A stretch of DNA of 63,632 nt, the filler included, from Choristocarpus tenellus KU-1152 (taxonomy: Eukaryota; Protista; Phaeophyceae): NCBI GenBank assembly GCA_964200185.2. It is 10 parts of 10 records of this genome, joined end to end, with 100 filler letters (N's around TTAATTAATTAA, not from the genome) between each part and the next. Parts side by side here need not be neighbours in the genome. Positions count along the whole stretch, not along the records: positions 1 to 16,657 come from CAXNAD020000798.1; 9 more parts are not named here. One strand, written 5' to 3'. Each line of letters opens with the position of its first letter. Within the stretch, counting starts at the first letter, position 1. Made by a program: the position numbers and the translations under genes. Below are positions 1-13,407 of this stretch, piece after piece. The notes beneath the pieces are model-generated. The model ran no database searches and was not told where the DNA came from. It saw only the letters and a list, made by a program, of their open reading frames with translations.

Positions 1-1925
1 TAACATTACCTATATGCACTCAATGTTAGCTTCTTCTTCTACCTGGCGACGATAGCAATAATTGATAAACAATTTAATAATATGGGAAAATAACACTTCT
101 TCTCTTCTTCTTCTTCTCAGTCAAACTTCCATAATGACGATGAAACGCCACCCCTAAAAAAACTACTTCGAAGTACTATTTTTTTTACCACCTCCACCAT
201 CGACAGTCAAATGACCCCACCGACCGCACTAATTATTCAAGCAAGCAAGATAACGCAGGGCATACATGTGCACGACGATCAAACGAAATCTTTGCCGCCC
301 CCCACACTCTGTACTACTACCACATCCGGCACGGATTCCCATTCAAAAAGGGGCCCATAAAAAGTGCCGCAACATTTACAAAAAAAAAATATATCGACAC
401 TTTTTCCAGGACAATTTTGGGTCAAACCCATCCTCCATAGTATGCTCCATCCTCAATTTCGGAAAGACGCTGTTATACGCAAAGCTTCCTCGTCTTGACA
501 CACAAAACGACAGCACAGTTCAGCAAAAACACTTTCTGCAGTTGTACAAAATGACACATTTTTCCCCTTTCTCGGCATCCTTAAACTGCTACCCTGCCTA
601 CCTCTCGGTTTGACTCATTATTAGTTGGGTCAGACTGCTAGCACCTGGCATCCTCTCGTCCTTGACAGTTTATGCTGAAGAGGAGCATCTGTGAACTCTT
701 TCAAAAATAACACTACTACTGTTGTTACATAAGGAACTAGTAAGTATTCATATCACTGTAACTCTTGCAACCTCTTGCGGGAATCGAATAAAATATGTAT
801 GGGGTAAGGGTAAAGGGCATGTGGTGGTATTTGGGAAAATTGAATTTCGAGACGGAGTACATGTTGTGCAACTGTTTCGGGTGTTTCGGGTGTTTTGATA
901 TTGTTGGGATGGAGTGGAGATTATACATCGCTGGGGAAAAGAAGTTACCTTTCGAGGTACATCTGCGAGCTTTTACGGGCAGAGAGAGAGAGTATAGGTT
1001 GAGACAATTTTATGAGTGTAGGTGGTGCTGTCTGGAGTAGTACAGGACCAGAGAAATGCAACATTCGATGTTAGTGTAGCAGTGAAGTATTTACCTTTTT
1101 TGGGATATGAGGCATGAAAAGCAAAGAGAGCAGAGATATCTCAGGCGTTCTGGTAATGGCAGACACAAATGATATTTTATCCCTTCATGTTACTGCGGGG
1201 GACTGGGCTTCCAGGGCTCGTTCGTACATGTTTAGGTCACGGAAGAATTGACACGCTGTCAACAAAAGTAACGTGTTTCCACATTCCTCTTGCCACTTTT
1301 TTGGGGGCACTTAACTGTATGTAAGACAGCAACCAGTTATTTCAGAAGGTAGGTTTAGACCTTCCAAATATCACAGGTATAGACAGGCCGTCAAAAAACA
1401 CTACGAACAGTAGAGCCCTTGATAATGGTGAAGCAGTTCCAGCAAGATATAGTAAGTGCAAAGAAAAGTGAACTTCAGGCTCAAAATTTTGAACAAATTT
1501 GAATTTTCCAATCTCCTAATTCTTCAAAAGAGTATGTATATTATTGTACATATTTTTCACTGCATGAGGTGGAACAATTTCAACACTTTCTGTGACTAGA
1601 AGTATTCGTTTTGATGTGGTTGTTGCTGGTGGGAGTCCAGCCAAACACGATAGACGCAAGATAGCATCATTGCTGTGTGTGCGCATATCATACATTATGC
1701 ACTCCGAGAATTATTGTGTGTGTGTTGTGCAAGTAGCAATACTAGTGGTAACATAACACTCTACCCCTGCACATTGCCTGCGTTAGCTCTCTCTACGTCA
1801 CTCATTCATAGCACACTGGTCGTAGTAGTTCTGACCGGTGGGGCATTAATGACAGTGTATGGTTTTTTAAAACATGAGCAATAGGAAAAACATATCCCAT
1901 TGGTCTTGACGTCTTGGTGTATATT

Positions 1926-2182
1926 GAGTGAAAGTATCTTAGAGGGCACGAGTTTTGCCTTGTTTGTTCATTTAGGGCTTGGCTTCCCTCGGGTTTTTTT
2001 ATGACACTTGCCTAGTCCAGAATATTTCGGAGTAGATAAAATGTATACGTTATGAAAGGTGTCTCCGGAACAAGGATATTGATACTTCCCTAACAAACAC
2101 GATAGCCAAAATCACCTCAAAATCGCAACATTAGATATTACCGCCAAATGGAGCGGCTCTATCCTCTGAGATAATTTGGCTC
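1926..2182 (+). mobile_element. MITE family A, full copy, TSD ATT
   Basis: TIRs GAGTGAAAGTATCTTAGAGGG / ATCCTCTGAGATAATTTGGCTC, flanked by ATT on both sides. Confidence 0.9.
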
Positions 2183-2849
2183 ATTCTAACTGAATACAGC
2201 AGCCCAGGAATGCCTGAACAGCTACCTGGACCAAGTACATATCGTAATAAATTAACATTTGTATGCATGTACGTATTACGGAATATTTCGAATCAACCTA
2301 CCTGTCAGTACACAACACTTAATAATTATATATCTTTACTATAGCTTGGGGCTTGTCCCGGCCTGATATATGAGGCACTACACACACCACTAACACTACA
2401 CCATTCCCCAACTAACTGGTTTTCTGCATCTACTGTAACTAACTGTTGCACTACAGATGACTATACTGCCTCTGCTCGTGCCTTGCTATTTGTGTATTGT
2501 ATTCACCCATCCTCCACCTTGCCGCTCTGCCTCCTTCGTCAAATCTTGTGCTGAAAACACCTTAACGTTGTTTGGCAAAGAGCACTTGCGAACCTGCCCT
2601 TGGTCACCTGTTAATTGTGAAACAGCAACAGATACAATGGCAGTATTCATTGGTGTACAATCCGTAGTGCTTATTTTCGCATGGACTTTTAATCATTGAG
2701 ACCCACCATTGCCTTAAAAAGAAGAGTGGGTTGATGAGGTTCAAACGAAATTTATAAAGAGAACAGCCTCCATTAACCATTGATCCACAACGAGGATGCT
2801 CCACTGTGTGTGGTGGTACATGTGGTAGAAGCAACAGTTTTAACAAGTA

Positions 2850-3550
2850 TTATGTACGTCATGTTCCACTGACATTTTGCACATGTATGTGTCAGAAGAG
2901 GGAAAAGACGAAGATCAAGGCTACAAAAACAAACGTAAGAATGGTCACTTCCAAAATACTTAGGATCGTACTTTCTAAGAAACCGAGAAATATACTTTCA
3001 ATATATCGGGACCTACCACAGCCAAGTTCTAGTATCTTACCGATATTAATGTAGTGTAGCGTCCTCATGAGTCCTTGGTTAATGGAGACTGTTTCCAGCG
3101 TGGGTTTCAAAGGTTTGAACCACATTAACCTTTCTTGGGAACACTCTGGTTTTCAATTATCCAAAGTCCATGCGGCAAGCGCTATGGATTGCGCACCTGT
3201 AATATCCTATCTGTCACTATGCCGCAAAAAACGCCAGACCAAGAATAAGGTGAAAAGGCTTCATTGCCAAGTGATGTGGGGGCGAGTGCAGCACAGGATT
3301 TAAAGGGAGGAGGCGAACCTGTAAGGAAGGGGTGGTGTGGCTGATGAAAACGCACAAGACGGAAGACACGAAAGAAGTAGTACAATCACTGATACTACAA
3401 CAACATTTTGTTAAGGGTTTGGTAGATAGTATGAGGTGCGTAGTGCCTCGTATCATTTGTTGGAGAAGTCCTACCCCACACATTAAATTAACCAAAAAAA
3501 AGGATAATCTCGAAAGCACAACATGACAAACACTACGGTCTACGATGTTA
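2850..3550 (-). pseudogene. Degenerate LTR-retrotransposon protease/RT relic related to the 26.2-28.3 kb relic
   Basis: PFHLILGLAFF (protease end). LKPTLETVSINQGLMRTLHYI aligns with LCPLLDTAKINQGLMSNVGYI with mostly third-position changes. DILKVYF resembles RT motif A. Confidence 0.45.
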
Positions 3551-4189
3551 AATTACGTAGGAACGAATGTATGTATGATGTAAGCAAGCTCGTCTAAGTT
3601 AAGACAAGTTTTGACATGCCATACATTTAAACGTCTTCCGAGCGAGGGGAGGATACCTGATTTTTGGAGGGGTTCGGAGTCTATTGGCATTCGGACTATG
3701 AGTGAGGGGTTGTCCAATTAATTCATGGTGTGGTTGAGAGGAAAATCATACCCCACAACTCTTCACTCCACATTGCCACAGCGAGCAGGGGAATGCGAGC
3801 GAAATCAACTCTGACAACACACACACACAGATAGATGTATATTATTTACTGATAAGACGTCACAACCTCATATCTTGCTTGCTCTTCTTGCTCATGCATG
3901 TTGGCCCACCACCTGGTCGTGCATGCTTTGACACGCATGCTATCGACACTTTTGAATGCCACGCTGATTCACCAGGATACCCTACAACCATCAACATGGT
4001 GTTTACACATATTCATAGTATTACTTGGTGCAAATACAATGGCTATCCTTTGTTGTGAGGTGCAGCATCATTTTGGAGGATCAGAATACACTTTTTTGAG
4101 GTACGAAGTCAAAGGAACTAGTGAAAAAGAAGGGTGGTGACCATTAGTATTTACTGCTGCTGAACTCGGGGACGGACATTGAAAGGGAG

Positions 4190-4900
4190 CTTGCGAAAGG
4201 TTATTTCATACTACCTAAGCACCTCTTTTGCAAGGTGAAGTGAGGACAGTCTGGCCGCTATCTCTGCTCTTTAGTTGCAAGGAATATTTCTCTCGTTTTA
4301 TCACCACGCATTATTCAATCACTGACTGGATGGCATCATCCAACACAACGAGAACTTCTCTTTGTCTACAAGACAACGAGTAAATGTTGAAATGTATGTA
4401 ATGCTGAGTGAAAGATGAGATGCCCCAGCATTTCGGCCTTCCTGCTAGTGACCCCCCCCACCACACAAAAAGAGACATTCAGACTCGCAAAGAGGCAGTA
4501 CCAATAGTAACTAGGAACCTAGTTGGAGCCAGCACCATGAAGGACAAAACTTGCATTTTGCAGGGCAGAATCATGTGGTTCATCAAAGCTGACTGCCCAA
4601 AGACAGAAGCCTTGGTGTTGGGGTGATAGTAAACCTTCCTAAAGAAGGCAGCGGTTAAGAGAGAATTGGACTTGAGACGTTGAACAAGCGTGGAAGACTG
4701 GTCAATGCATGGGTTCAGTCCATCAACCAGGAGCAATATGGAACGACTCCTATAGTTTCACGACAAGGAGGAACTGGATGTCAAGTCAAAAGTTGCCAGG
4801 ATCATTCCCATCATCTAGAACCTCTTTCCGTGCATGCTTGGCACCCTCAAGCTTGTCTCGGTTGGCGCCGGTTGTGGGGCCAATGTAACTAATTTAACGT
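4190..4900 (+). pseudogene. Possible eroded Copia-like gag/integrase relic
   Basis: IKADCPK knuckle remnant and a GTGGGGCCAATG (VGPM) integrase-like remnant; no intact ORF. Confidence 0.3.
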
Positions 4901-5165
4901 TGATCAGTCACAACCTAGTCAATTTTTGTTTGAACTAGGATGAGTAACAGAAGGGAAGGACACGATCGATTGTACTATAAGGGTTGTATTGTGGAAGTGT
5001 TGCATTGTAAATGTCATATATTCTTGTCTCGCGCAATTGAGCGATTCTGCGTGCCAATGGTATGGCTTCACAATTAAATAGTAGTAGTTGATACAACTAC
5101 CTCCTAGAGTTCCTAGTCCCAAACATTGTCACGACTAAGAGGGGAGTACCCTTCATATAGTCACT

Positions 5166-7411
5166 ATGTTGTGCAGGTTTTCTGGGAAGCTGGTGGCTGT
5201 ACGCCCGTCACCTGCCACAGCGTTCTGCAAGGGGGCTAGGGGGGTCGTGGCCGTGCAGCCGTGGTTATCTTGTGAACCACCCAACGTTTCAAGTCATGGA
5301 CTCTCAGCGAACTCGAGGAGGGAACTGAGCGATGTAGCTACAACGTGGCCACCTGGACATCCAGCACCAGGGCGTGAGCAAACATTAGGGGAAGTATTTG
5401 CGGCAATGGAGCATCATGCAAGAGGAGCCAGAAAGGTGATCTCATGTCCAAACCAAACTGGACCCGATTTATTTGACAATACCATGTACTAGAGCGCACT
5501 GGACTTAAATATAAGTCTCGTATGTAAGTAGTTGGTGAAGTGGGTCTGTGCTGAAGGAGCACTGCGCTCAGAATGTTAGAATGTTCGAAGCCAAGGACAG
5601 GTACAGCAATCTGTCCAAATCCAAGTAGGTTAACTGCAAGGTTGCCTGTGTTACTCTGTCTCACTTGCTAAATCTTTACGGGAGCCTTGATATGAATCCT
5701 GATACATTTATGTGTGTGTGTGTGTGTGTGTGCATTCCTCTTGTCCAGTGGTTGGCCCGAGGTGAGAAGCTGAGAACACGACGAATGTAGAGTATTTCAT
5801 GAAGTACCTCACGAGTGCCTTATTTTGGTATTAGAAAAAAAAAGAGATCTCGCTCTTCTACCCTAATGCCAAAAGTAGCATTGATTTCACCGCTTTCCCC
5901 TTCTATCTCACCCTTCAGGTGAAGCTGTCCGCCCTTGACAACCTCATTAAGAAGGTGGAGTCACCAGAGGACCTCAAGTATGCTACATTAGCCCTCGAAC
6001 TGTTCGACAGGAAGAAAATGCCTGTCAGTCAAGCGACTGCGAAACTCTTTATCAAGGTGGGCCAATATTCGGTTTAGGAGCTTGGTCGCACACGTGCAGC
6101 CCATTGTGCTGCCCAGCGCGCTTGAGGGTGTCATTGCAGCTTCTGCATGTTGTGGGTTGCATGTGGGTGTCACAAGTATGTTGACCGAGGGTGAGCAAAA
6201 ATGCCAAAAAATTCGTGTTTGAAGGATGAAACGGTTCAGAGCAACAAGTGCTTCACAGACGACTGTAATGTAACATATCCTTTCTCCCACCGCCCCACCC
6301 TTTTCCAAAGTATGGTCTTTGCTGACATGTTACAGTATGATAGTGACCTGTCTGGTTGATGCCGATGTTTGTCATGCTGAAGCCTGCAATGATTATATGG
6401 GGGGAGACCTGAGATTCAAGTTTTGCAAAGGAGTATAAAACACCTGCAAATAAGTGAAACGGTCATTTGTAAACTTGGGGGCAAGTGGATTGGCAGAAAC
6501 TGCAATAGTTTGTGTGATGTACTACGTGAGTATCCTTAAGTGTGTGTTCCCATCCAATACCTTTTTGTTTATGTGTGTTGAACAGACTTGCTGTCAGGTG
6601 GGCAAGCCGCAAATTGCACTTACAGTACTGGGGAATAAAAGAAGTGGCATCCGTGGTTATGTCACTGCAGATAACTTCAACTACCTTCTCACTCAGCTTC
6701 ACAGGGAAGGGGATACTTCATGTGAGCAAAAATATTGAGTTGGGGGATATTTACCAATTGCTTCAAAATACTATTCTCATGGTCAATGATGCATTTTCAA
6801 TCTTGTGTTAATCCTAGTTGCGAGCACACATTTATATGCTTGAAGTATGCAGGTAAAGGTGTTCCTTTTTAGTGTTTAATGTGCCCTATCTGATTGGCTG
6901 AGCTCAGCCTATCACATTTGGCGCCCTTCCTTTCCCTTCAAGTAACGCCCACTGTTGTAGATGGAGGGGATAGGAAGGCTGGAAGGCAAGTTCTTAACGT
7001 GAACGCAGATCCTTCTTTTCATTTCGTTCTCCCCACCTGCATGATTTTTTTTAGAATAATCTTTGATTATACCCATTCCATTCCCATACGTGCGTCCATA
7101 CATATATGCCTACACGTCCTTTTTCGTGAGCAGCATTGGATCTTGCTATATCTCAGGGGAAATCTCGGGGTCAAGCCCTTGACAATCGTTCTTTGGCAAT
7201 ATTTAAGATGGCAGAAGCAGCAGCAGCATCTGTAAATAGTGAGCAGCCTGAGAAGTCACTTACAACAGGGGATAAGCCAACTGAGGAGGTGGAGGAGGAG
7301 GGTGGGGAAGGAAATGTGTTGACAGAGGGAGAACAGGTGTCCGGGAAGGATACGAGGGATAAGGTGGAGGAAACAACTGCTGAGGCAGAGGTGGGAATCA
7401 AAATGCAATAG
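5166..7411 (+). CDS. Mitochondrial PPR-like helical-repeat protein (mS27/MRPS27-like), 4 exons, ~273 aa
   Basis: Phase-consistent GT-AG join 5166..5435, 5919..6056, 6586..6721, 7134..7411. The N-terminus is R/S/A-rich like a transit peptide. The core LDNLIKKVESPEDLKYATLALELF...TAKLFIKTCCQVGKPQIALTVL...TADNFNYLLTQL resembles PPR/mS27 helices, followed by an acidic tail. Family call is by eye. Confidence 0.7.
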
Positions 7412-7699
7412 GGGAACATCACTAGATACACATGACTTGTTTCATTCATGCGATAAGCTATTAGGGTTAGGGCATTATATCTTGTTTTGTTTTAATGTTC
7501 TGTGAGCATGGGCCTATCAAATACTGCTGTATAGTGGTGCGCAATTGATGTCATAATTCACACGTGGAAGAACACAATGGTGGGGGTGTGGTGTTCACTT
7601 AAACTGTCCTGTGCAATAAAATAGCTCTCTCAGTTGTGGAGATTTTAACCTTATGCTTACTGATGCCGGCATGCTAGAATTTAGCTTATAGGCACAGTT

Positions 7700-9050
7700 T
7701 GCGTGCTCTATTTTCATGTGTTGTTCGTTGTACAGCCAAAAAATGCAAGGGTTTCCAATTATCTTCTTTTACTTCTACCTGGTTGAGCGTTGCCATTGAT
7801 CTTCCCTACCACACCAAGATAGGTATCTTGTTGCCCCATCCTCATTGCACCTGGGCAACAGGCACCCCACCACCCCCTGTTGGCTAGATTTTGCTTGAGG
7901 ATCTCAACATCTCAATTGTATGATGCCAGACTGCCAAACACCAGCAAGGACCATGCGAAAAAATATACAGACTGCAGGTGCAAGATGAAAATCAGCAAGG
8001 CAGTTAAACAAAGTGCTCCAGAGCACCATGTAGCAGTATTTGGAACCACATTTGGCAGGTCCATTGGTAGAAGACATGTGGCATGGGAAAAAACCAAGTA
8101 TAGAAGTTGCACTGGTCACCTCTCAATGATGTGTTTTGGTGATTGCAAGCATCAACGCCAGTAATAATGTACAAAACCAGAAGTGAAAATTCAAAACATG
8201 CACATTGTGGCCAACCAAAACACCCAGCAGAACTGTTGGTGCCAAGACCCGCAGTTGTACTCCTGTGCCAACCTAGTTAGATTGTAGTGCCTTTGATGCA
8301 GGGGCCATGGTTGCTCTAATAGAAAATGTGCAATCTGCTTGTGCAGAGAGAGAGCAGTACATTTAGCCTTGGAAATGGATGCCATAAATACTAGTTTTAT
8401 TACCAGCGAAATGCATGGTGGAGTGTCATTGTTTGCAATAAAGAACCCAAAATCTGTAATCAAATAACCATAGCACCACGTTCTTGTTTTCCGGAAGGGC
8501 GTATAGACAAGGTTTCCAATATCTCAGTTGGCTGCACTTTCTGAAAGTGAAAAAAATGGCGGAAGATGTGTTGGATTTGACATACACTTTAGTAGGTTTC
8601 ATTACAACTTACTCGGAAGGCCCCCGCCCTTGTCCTATTAAGATGGTAATTTAAGAAAAACATACTAGTAATTAATTGAGTTCTTCGAAGTTGTACATGT
8701 CAAAGTCAAAAACATACCATTGAAACTTTTGACTAGTGCTGGAAGTGACCGCATCCCCCCATTGCATATGCAGTGTGATTACAAAATAAAACGTGAATGG
8801 AATAGTGCCCAACTGATTTTTCTTAGTCAAAAGCCCTTCTGTTCACTATGCAAGAACCTAAGCGCATCAGACAATCCAGTAAAACCCTCAAATTTATTGT
8901 TCTGGTTCGAAATGAAGCAATACAAGTCAGATCATACTTCATGGCAACGGCAGCATTATCCATTTTTACAAGCAAAACTGTACAAGTCAGAACTGTGAGA
9001 TGTAACATTCAGCTGGGAACACAAACCAAACCTACAGGAGAGACGAACAT
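7700..9050 (+). pseudogene. Possible eroded retroelement gag/pol relic
   Basis: Frameshifted HCGQPKHPAE/NCWCQDPQL zinc-knuckle remnant near 8195-8260. Confidence 0.3.
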
Positions 9051-9139
9051 GCTCCACATGATGTGGGTGCTTATAATATGAATGAGGGAGCACCTAGCAT
9101 CCTAACTAGGGAGGTCATGTTGATGGGGAGTCAACCAAC

Positions 9140-12100
9140 TCAATAGTCGCCTTGCTCTGCATCTTCATCAATGTCCAACCACCTCAGGCTCCCCCATGCT
9201 GAATCTTCCTCCCCCCCCCCTGCCATTTCGGCATCCTCTCCACACAGTTCCTCTCCTTTCCCTTCACCCATGGGATCATTCACTGCGTGTTCCTCGTTTC
9301 TTCTCACCCTCTCTTTTGCCAGTCCCCTCAAGTCGTGACTGCTTTCACCCTGCAGAAGGTAGAATGGACACAACAGTAAACATTACAAAACAGTTAAAAG
9401 AAGTAACTGAAAAGTTAATGTTGGACAATAAGAGTATGGTGCAAAGGAACAGGGGGCTGGGGTGGTGGATAGGCTCATCAAGTACATAATACTCCTATCA
9501 TAAGTACACAAGACACAAAGTACTCTAAGAAACAAGGGTGAGGGGAAGGAGACATCAATTTAAAAAATAAACATGTGTACCTGGAGCATCACCTACTCTC
9601 TACCCCACAAATGTCTCTATATCCCACGACTTCAGTCTCAGCAGGATCAAAGGGTACCTAGGACAGTTGTCATTCAAAAATACATAAAAATACGTAAAGA
9701 CAGTGGGTGATTGAGGTACAATCTAAAGGTTGACAGGGTGTTAAAATACCCTTCAATTTATCAGGTCACAATGTGCAAATTCACACGTCCCTTAGCTAAG
9801 TCCACCAATCATTCCAAGGAGCCTATCATACACTTAAATTTATGTAGTATGTTTCTTGATCTTTTCCTCTGCCACTACTGTGACATTGACCAATTCTCCT
9901 TGTGCCACAACGTGAAAAAAAAGACTTCAGCAGAGTATTAAAAAAAAAAAATCCAAAAAAAACATGTATGCGTTGTGGAACCCACAATAGCAGACAACAA
10001 GACCTGCCCAAGAGGATTAAAGGCTGGCACTAAAGTCTAAATGAGATCGTCAACGAATCCCAAAACCATACCACTCCCTGAACAAAAAAATGCCAACTGT
10101 CACAAACCGCGTCATTCCCAGCCCCAGCATACAAGTGGGCAATACCCACACAAGCACCTGTACCGGTAGAAGTTAGAAAAAGACAGAAACATCGGGGAAC
10201 AGAGTGCTAAGCAACAGTTTTTGATCACTGAGAAGAAAAATGATGTTTTGCTTGTGTATATTCATGAAACTGTCTGTAACTGTAACTGTGATGCACAAGG
10301 AGTGCCACAGGCACAGACCCAACAGGGTCCCCAGTATCTCAAAAGAAGGTACATTAAACATCTTAACTCCCCAGTTACTCGCACACATTTTGAGTTTCAA
10401 TCTCTACTCAGATCCTTGCCTGTGTTGTAGGGGGTGGACGGCGGAGGATAGGCTTGGCCTCCACTAAGAACTTCTCCCCCGAGAACTGCCTCTACTTGAC
10501 ACACACAAATCACGACACAGGGCATTGTGGGCAAAGTACAGCCATTAAACATGGCAGAAGAGGGAGGAGAGGGGAGGAGGGAAGGGGTGGACTGTCAAAC
10601 GGAACAGACAAGACATCAGTTGTCTTCAAGCTCTTGTCATTCATCAGAATCCATTCAATATCTATGTTCTGATGCACATAACATACATATATCCCAGACG
10701 TGGACAAATCAGCCTGCCAACAGCTTTTTGTGCAGCCAAAGTAGGGTGCGTCGCATACCGCCTATATTTTCCACACCTCTTCATACTGCGCCCATGCTGT
10801 GAAGTGGTGAAGGGCTATTGACACAGAAATAGGTGCGTCCAGTCTCATTGGCACGTCCAGCACCTGCATCCACAGAACAATGAATATCCACCAACAGAAG
10901 AACAATTAAAAATTGTGTTGTGGGGGGGGGGTGAGGGGGTAGATGTCAACAGTGGGGAACGATTCACCTTGGAGCAGATGATCCGACCTGGTTGAAATAA
11001 ACATACTTTATGGTGCATATTATGGCGAAGGGGATTCAGGTCTCGGGTCATGCACACAGATTAGTTAGGTATCAGTGATTGTAGAAAGAGTGCAACGGCA
11101 GTGAGATTTAGCTCCAATCATGACCACATTTGCCTCAAACTGTCCTTCATATAGTCATTTCGCTTCATGAAACAATCCTTCAAAAACTGGAAGGGGTTGC
11201 AGAACAGAGTGGCGCGAGGCAGTTCGAGGCAGGACACGGTCGGAGAACAAAGAAAAGGCGAGGAAAGGAATGAGTGCAACCGTACAGAAAGAGGAGGCTC
11301 CTCAGGCCGAAATGTGGCACGTATCTCCCTCGTATTACAACCGAAGTTGAATACAGTATCTCAACAGCACATGTTGTATTGTTGTGGGTTCCACTCCCAA
11401 CCGATGTCGCAAATTGCACCGTATAGATTATCCTGCTAAACCTGATAGGTGACACTCTAGCTCCTCCCCCTTCGCCTTACCTGTGCCACATACACCATGT
11501 AGTCGCAAATCTCGATAACTTCTTTTTCCAGCTCGTTCTTGTGGCCCACAATGAAGGCTGTGCTTCGGTGGAAAGGTCTTGTGTGGACTGGTTTTGGCAC
11601 TTGCGCAGTGCAAACTACGTCATTTTCTCCATCCACACCCATGGCGGCAGGGCGTAACGGTGCTCTCGGTGGTGGGGACACTATGCCGCACAGATCACAA
11701 CCTTTTTGACCTCTCAAGTATGCCCCAGCTGAAGTCCAGTCGTGAAATGTGGTGTATCGTACATGCTGAGATTGGGGATAGGGGTTGAAACGAGAGAGTC
11801 GCGGCTGCGCACTTCTAGCTCATCGCTAGTTCATATCCACATGTCACCCAATCTCATCATAATCGCGTTAATCCTTTCGCCTTCCGTAGCAATGCACAGG
11901 TGATGGATGTGCCTGCTTGAGTGGTAGACAGAAATTTGTGTGATGCCCACCTAACCTTTACTCTTTCCCCACAGGCAGTTCCTTGGCTAAACAGCAAGAT
12001 TAGACGATTCATTTGTATCTTAGGCAACGCTGGAGCAACATTATGCTGGAGCGAAGTTCCCTTAACACTTGGAACATGGTATATCTGACCTTATGTGCCC

Positions 12101-12257
12101 CATGCGCCCCATGAGTGCTCCACTTGTTCGCCCCAACCACACAAATTTCCTCCACTGCGAAAGCTGCTGCGCAACGTATCAAGTTTCCCAGATTATTTCT
12201 AGTAGAGGGATTTGATAGCGCCAGGTATAACGAGGGACGGGGGCTTCCAGCCTCCAT
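9140..12257 (-). CDS. SpoU/TrmH-family (SPOUT) tRNA/rRNA methyltransferase, 5 exons, ~273 aa
   Basis: complement(join 12257..12090, 11765..11481, 10863..10777, 10491..10420, 9349..9140), all phase 0. Motif 1 NNLGNLIRCAAAF, then STHGAHGAHKHV, RPFHRSTAFIVG, ICDYMVYV, SIALHHFTAWAQYEERQFSGEKF. Intron 4 uses a GC donor. Confidence 0.85.
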
Positions 12258-13407
12258 GTGTAGCAGACAATGGGACGAAATACCTTCAATTTCCAATTTG
12301 AAAATCTGCATACCCTAACTCTAGAGTACCTAGACGTCCAATACAACACATACTTCATGGATGTTAAGGGTTTGAAGGTTCAACACCACAACACAAACTC
12401 TCCGCATGTTGAGGTGGGTTCGAACACTTAGCCAAAAATTGCGAATCTGTAATGGGTAACTGGAGAAGGTTAGGTTGTTGTTTGTTGAACGATCTACCTC
12501 TACTTTTTATGAACCAGGATATCTCGTGCCCTTGCCCTTAATTCAACATGCAACCTTAATAACCTATCGTTTACATTGCTGCCTTGCTCTAGGATAATCG
12601 CTACAGCGACACTCTCTCAGGCGGCAAAGACAATATTTGAGGTAGTGCCTGCTCCATCCAGAGCAAATCTAGCCTTTGCATTCTCACCTACTTCAAGAAA
12701 CATTTGTAACCAAGCACGGACAACTTTTCCAGGATCTTCCCTCGGAAGGAAGCATTCATCATCCTTATTTACTGACCTGTCTCCGACGTCTTCGCCCCAC
12801 TCAGCGTGAGTACACCCCATGGAGCAAGTAAAGTGGTGACCATGACAAAATTCATTCAAGCAGCACCTTGTGGAATGGATCACAACACCCAATTTCGAAC
12901 ATTTTGGATGCGATTCTGTATTGTATTTAATCAAGCGGTTGCAAGTGCTGTTAGGGAACTAACGGGGGTAACGAACGACTGATCAAAGAGAGCGCTGGTG
13001 CGGGAAGTCTCCTTAATTATGGAGGTTTTCTCCGTTGGTGCTCTTATTGTGGGAGGATGCCCAATTGTAACTATTTTCTATGATTTTTGGGCGCTCATCA
13101 GCGAGAGATACAGCCAGGAGACTGCCACAGCTTTTGACTGTAAGCCCGTCTGTGCGAGTGCCTATTCGAAACAAGGCAAGAGTTGTTTGAGGTGTGCTAT
13201 ATTTTTGTTTTAGTTTGGCATGGGTGCAGGTAGTATCGATGAAACACCTTGAACGCGTTTTTGTTTTACCCACCCATACGCGTTTTTAGACGAGATGGAG
13301 CCGATGAGTCTTTCCCTTGCACTGTCACCTTCATTCAAGACCCACGATGCAGTTGATTCTTGTCTACCTGATTTCACTGCAGGCGTATCATACATCTCCT
13401 ACGCCAC

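Noticed and set aside
266-1040. Short ORFs at window start
   Set aside because: Low-complexity, strand-skewed intergenic or intron-like sequence with no motifs.
1183-2686. Possible three-exon minus-strand gene tail ending ACQFFRDLNMYERALEAQSPAVT*
   Set aside because: Splice phases fit, but there is no recognisable homology and the upstream part adjoins a retroelement relic; insufficient support.
2892-3125. ILELGCG as a class I methyltransferase motif
   Set aside because: The same frame aligns with the retroelement relic at 26.5 kb and no other methyltransferase motifs follow.
5749-5790. Candidate extra exon in the PPR-like gene
   Set aside because: Stops occur in all frames shortly after the AG, and exon 1 joins 5919 in phase without it.
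9581-9657. Candidate extra SpoU exon (VPFDPAETEVVGYRDICGVESR*)
   Set aside because: Its donors are out of phase with the terminal exon or follow a stop; at best an alternative end with no support.
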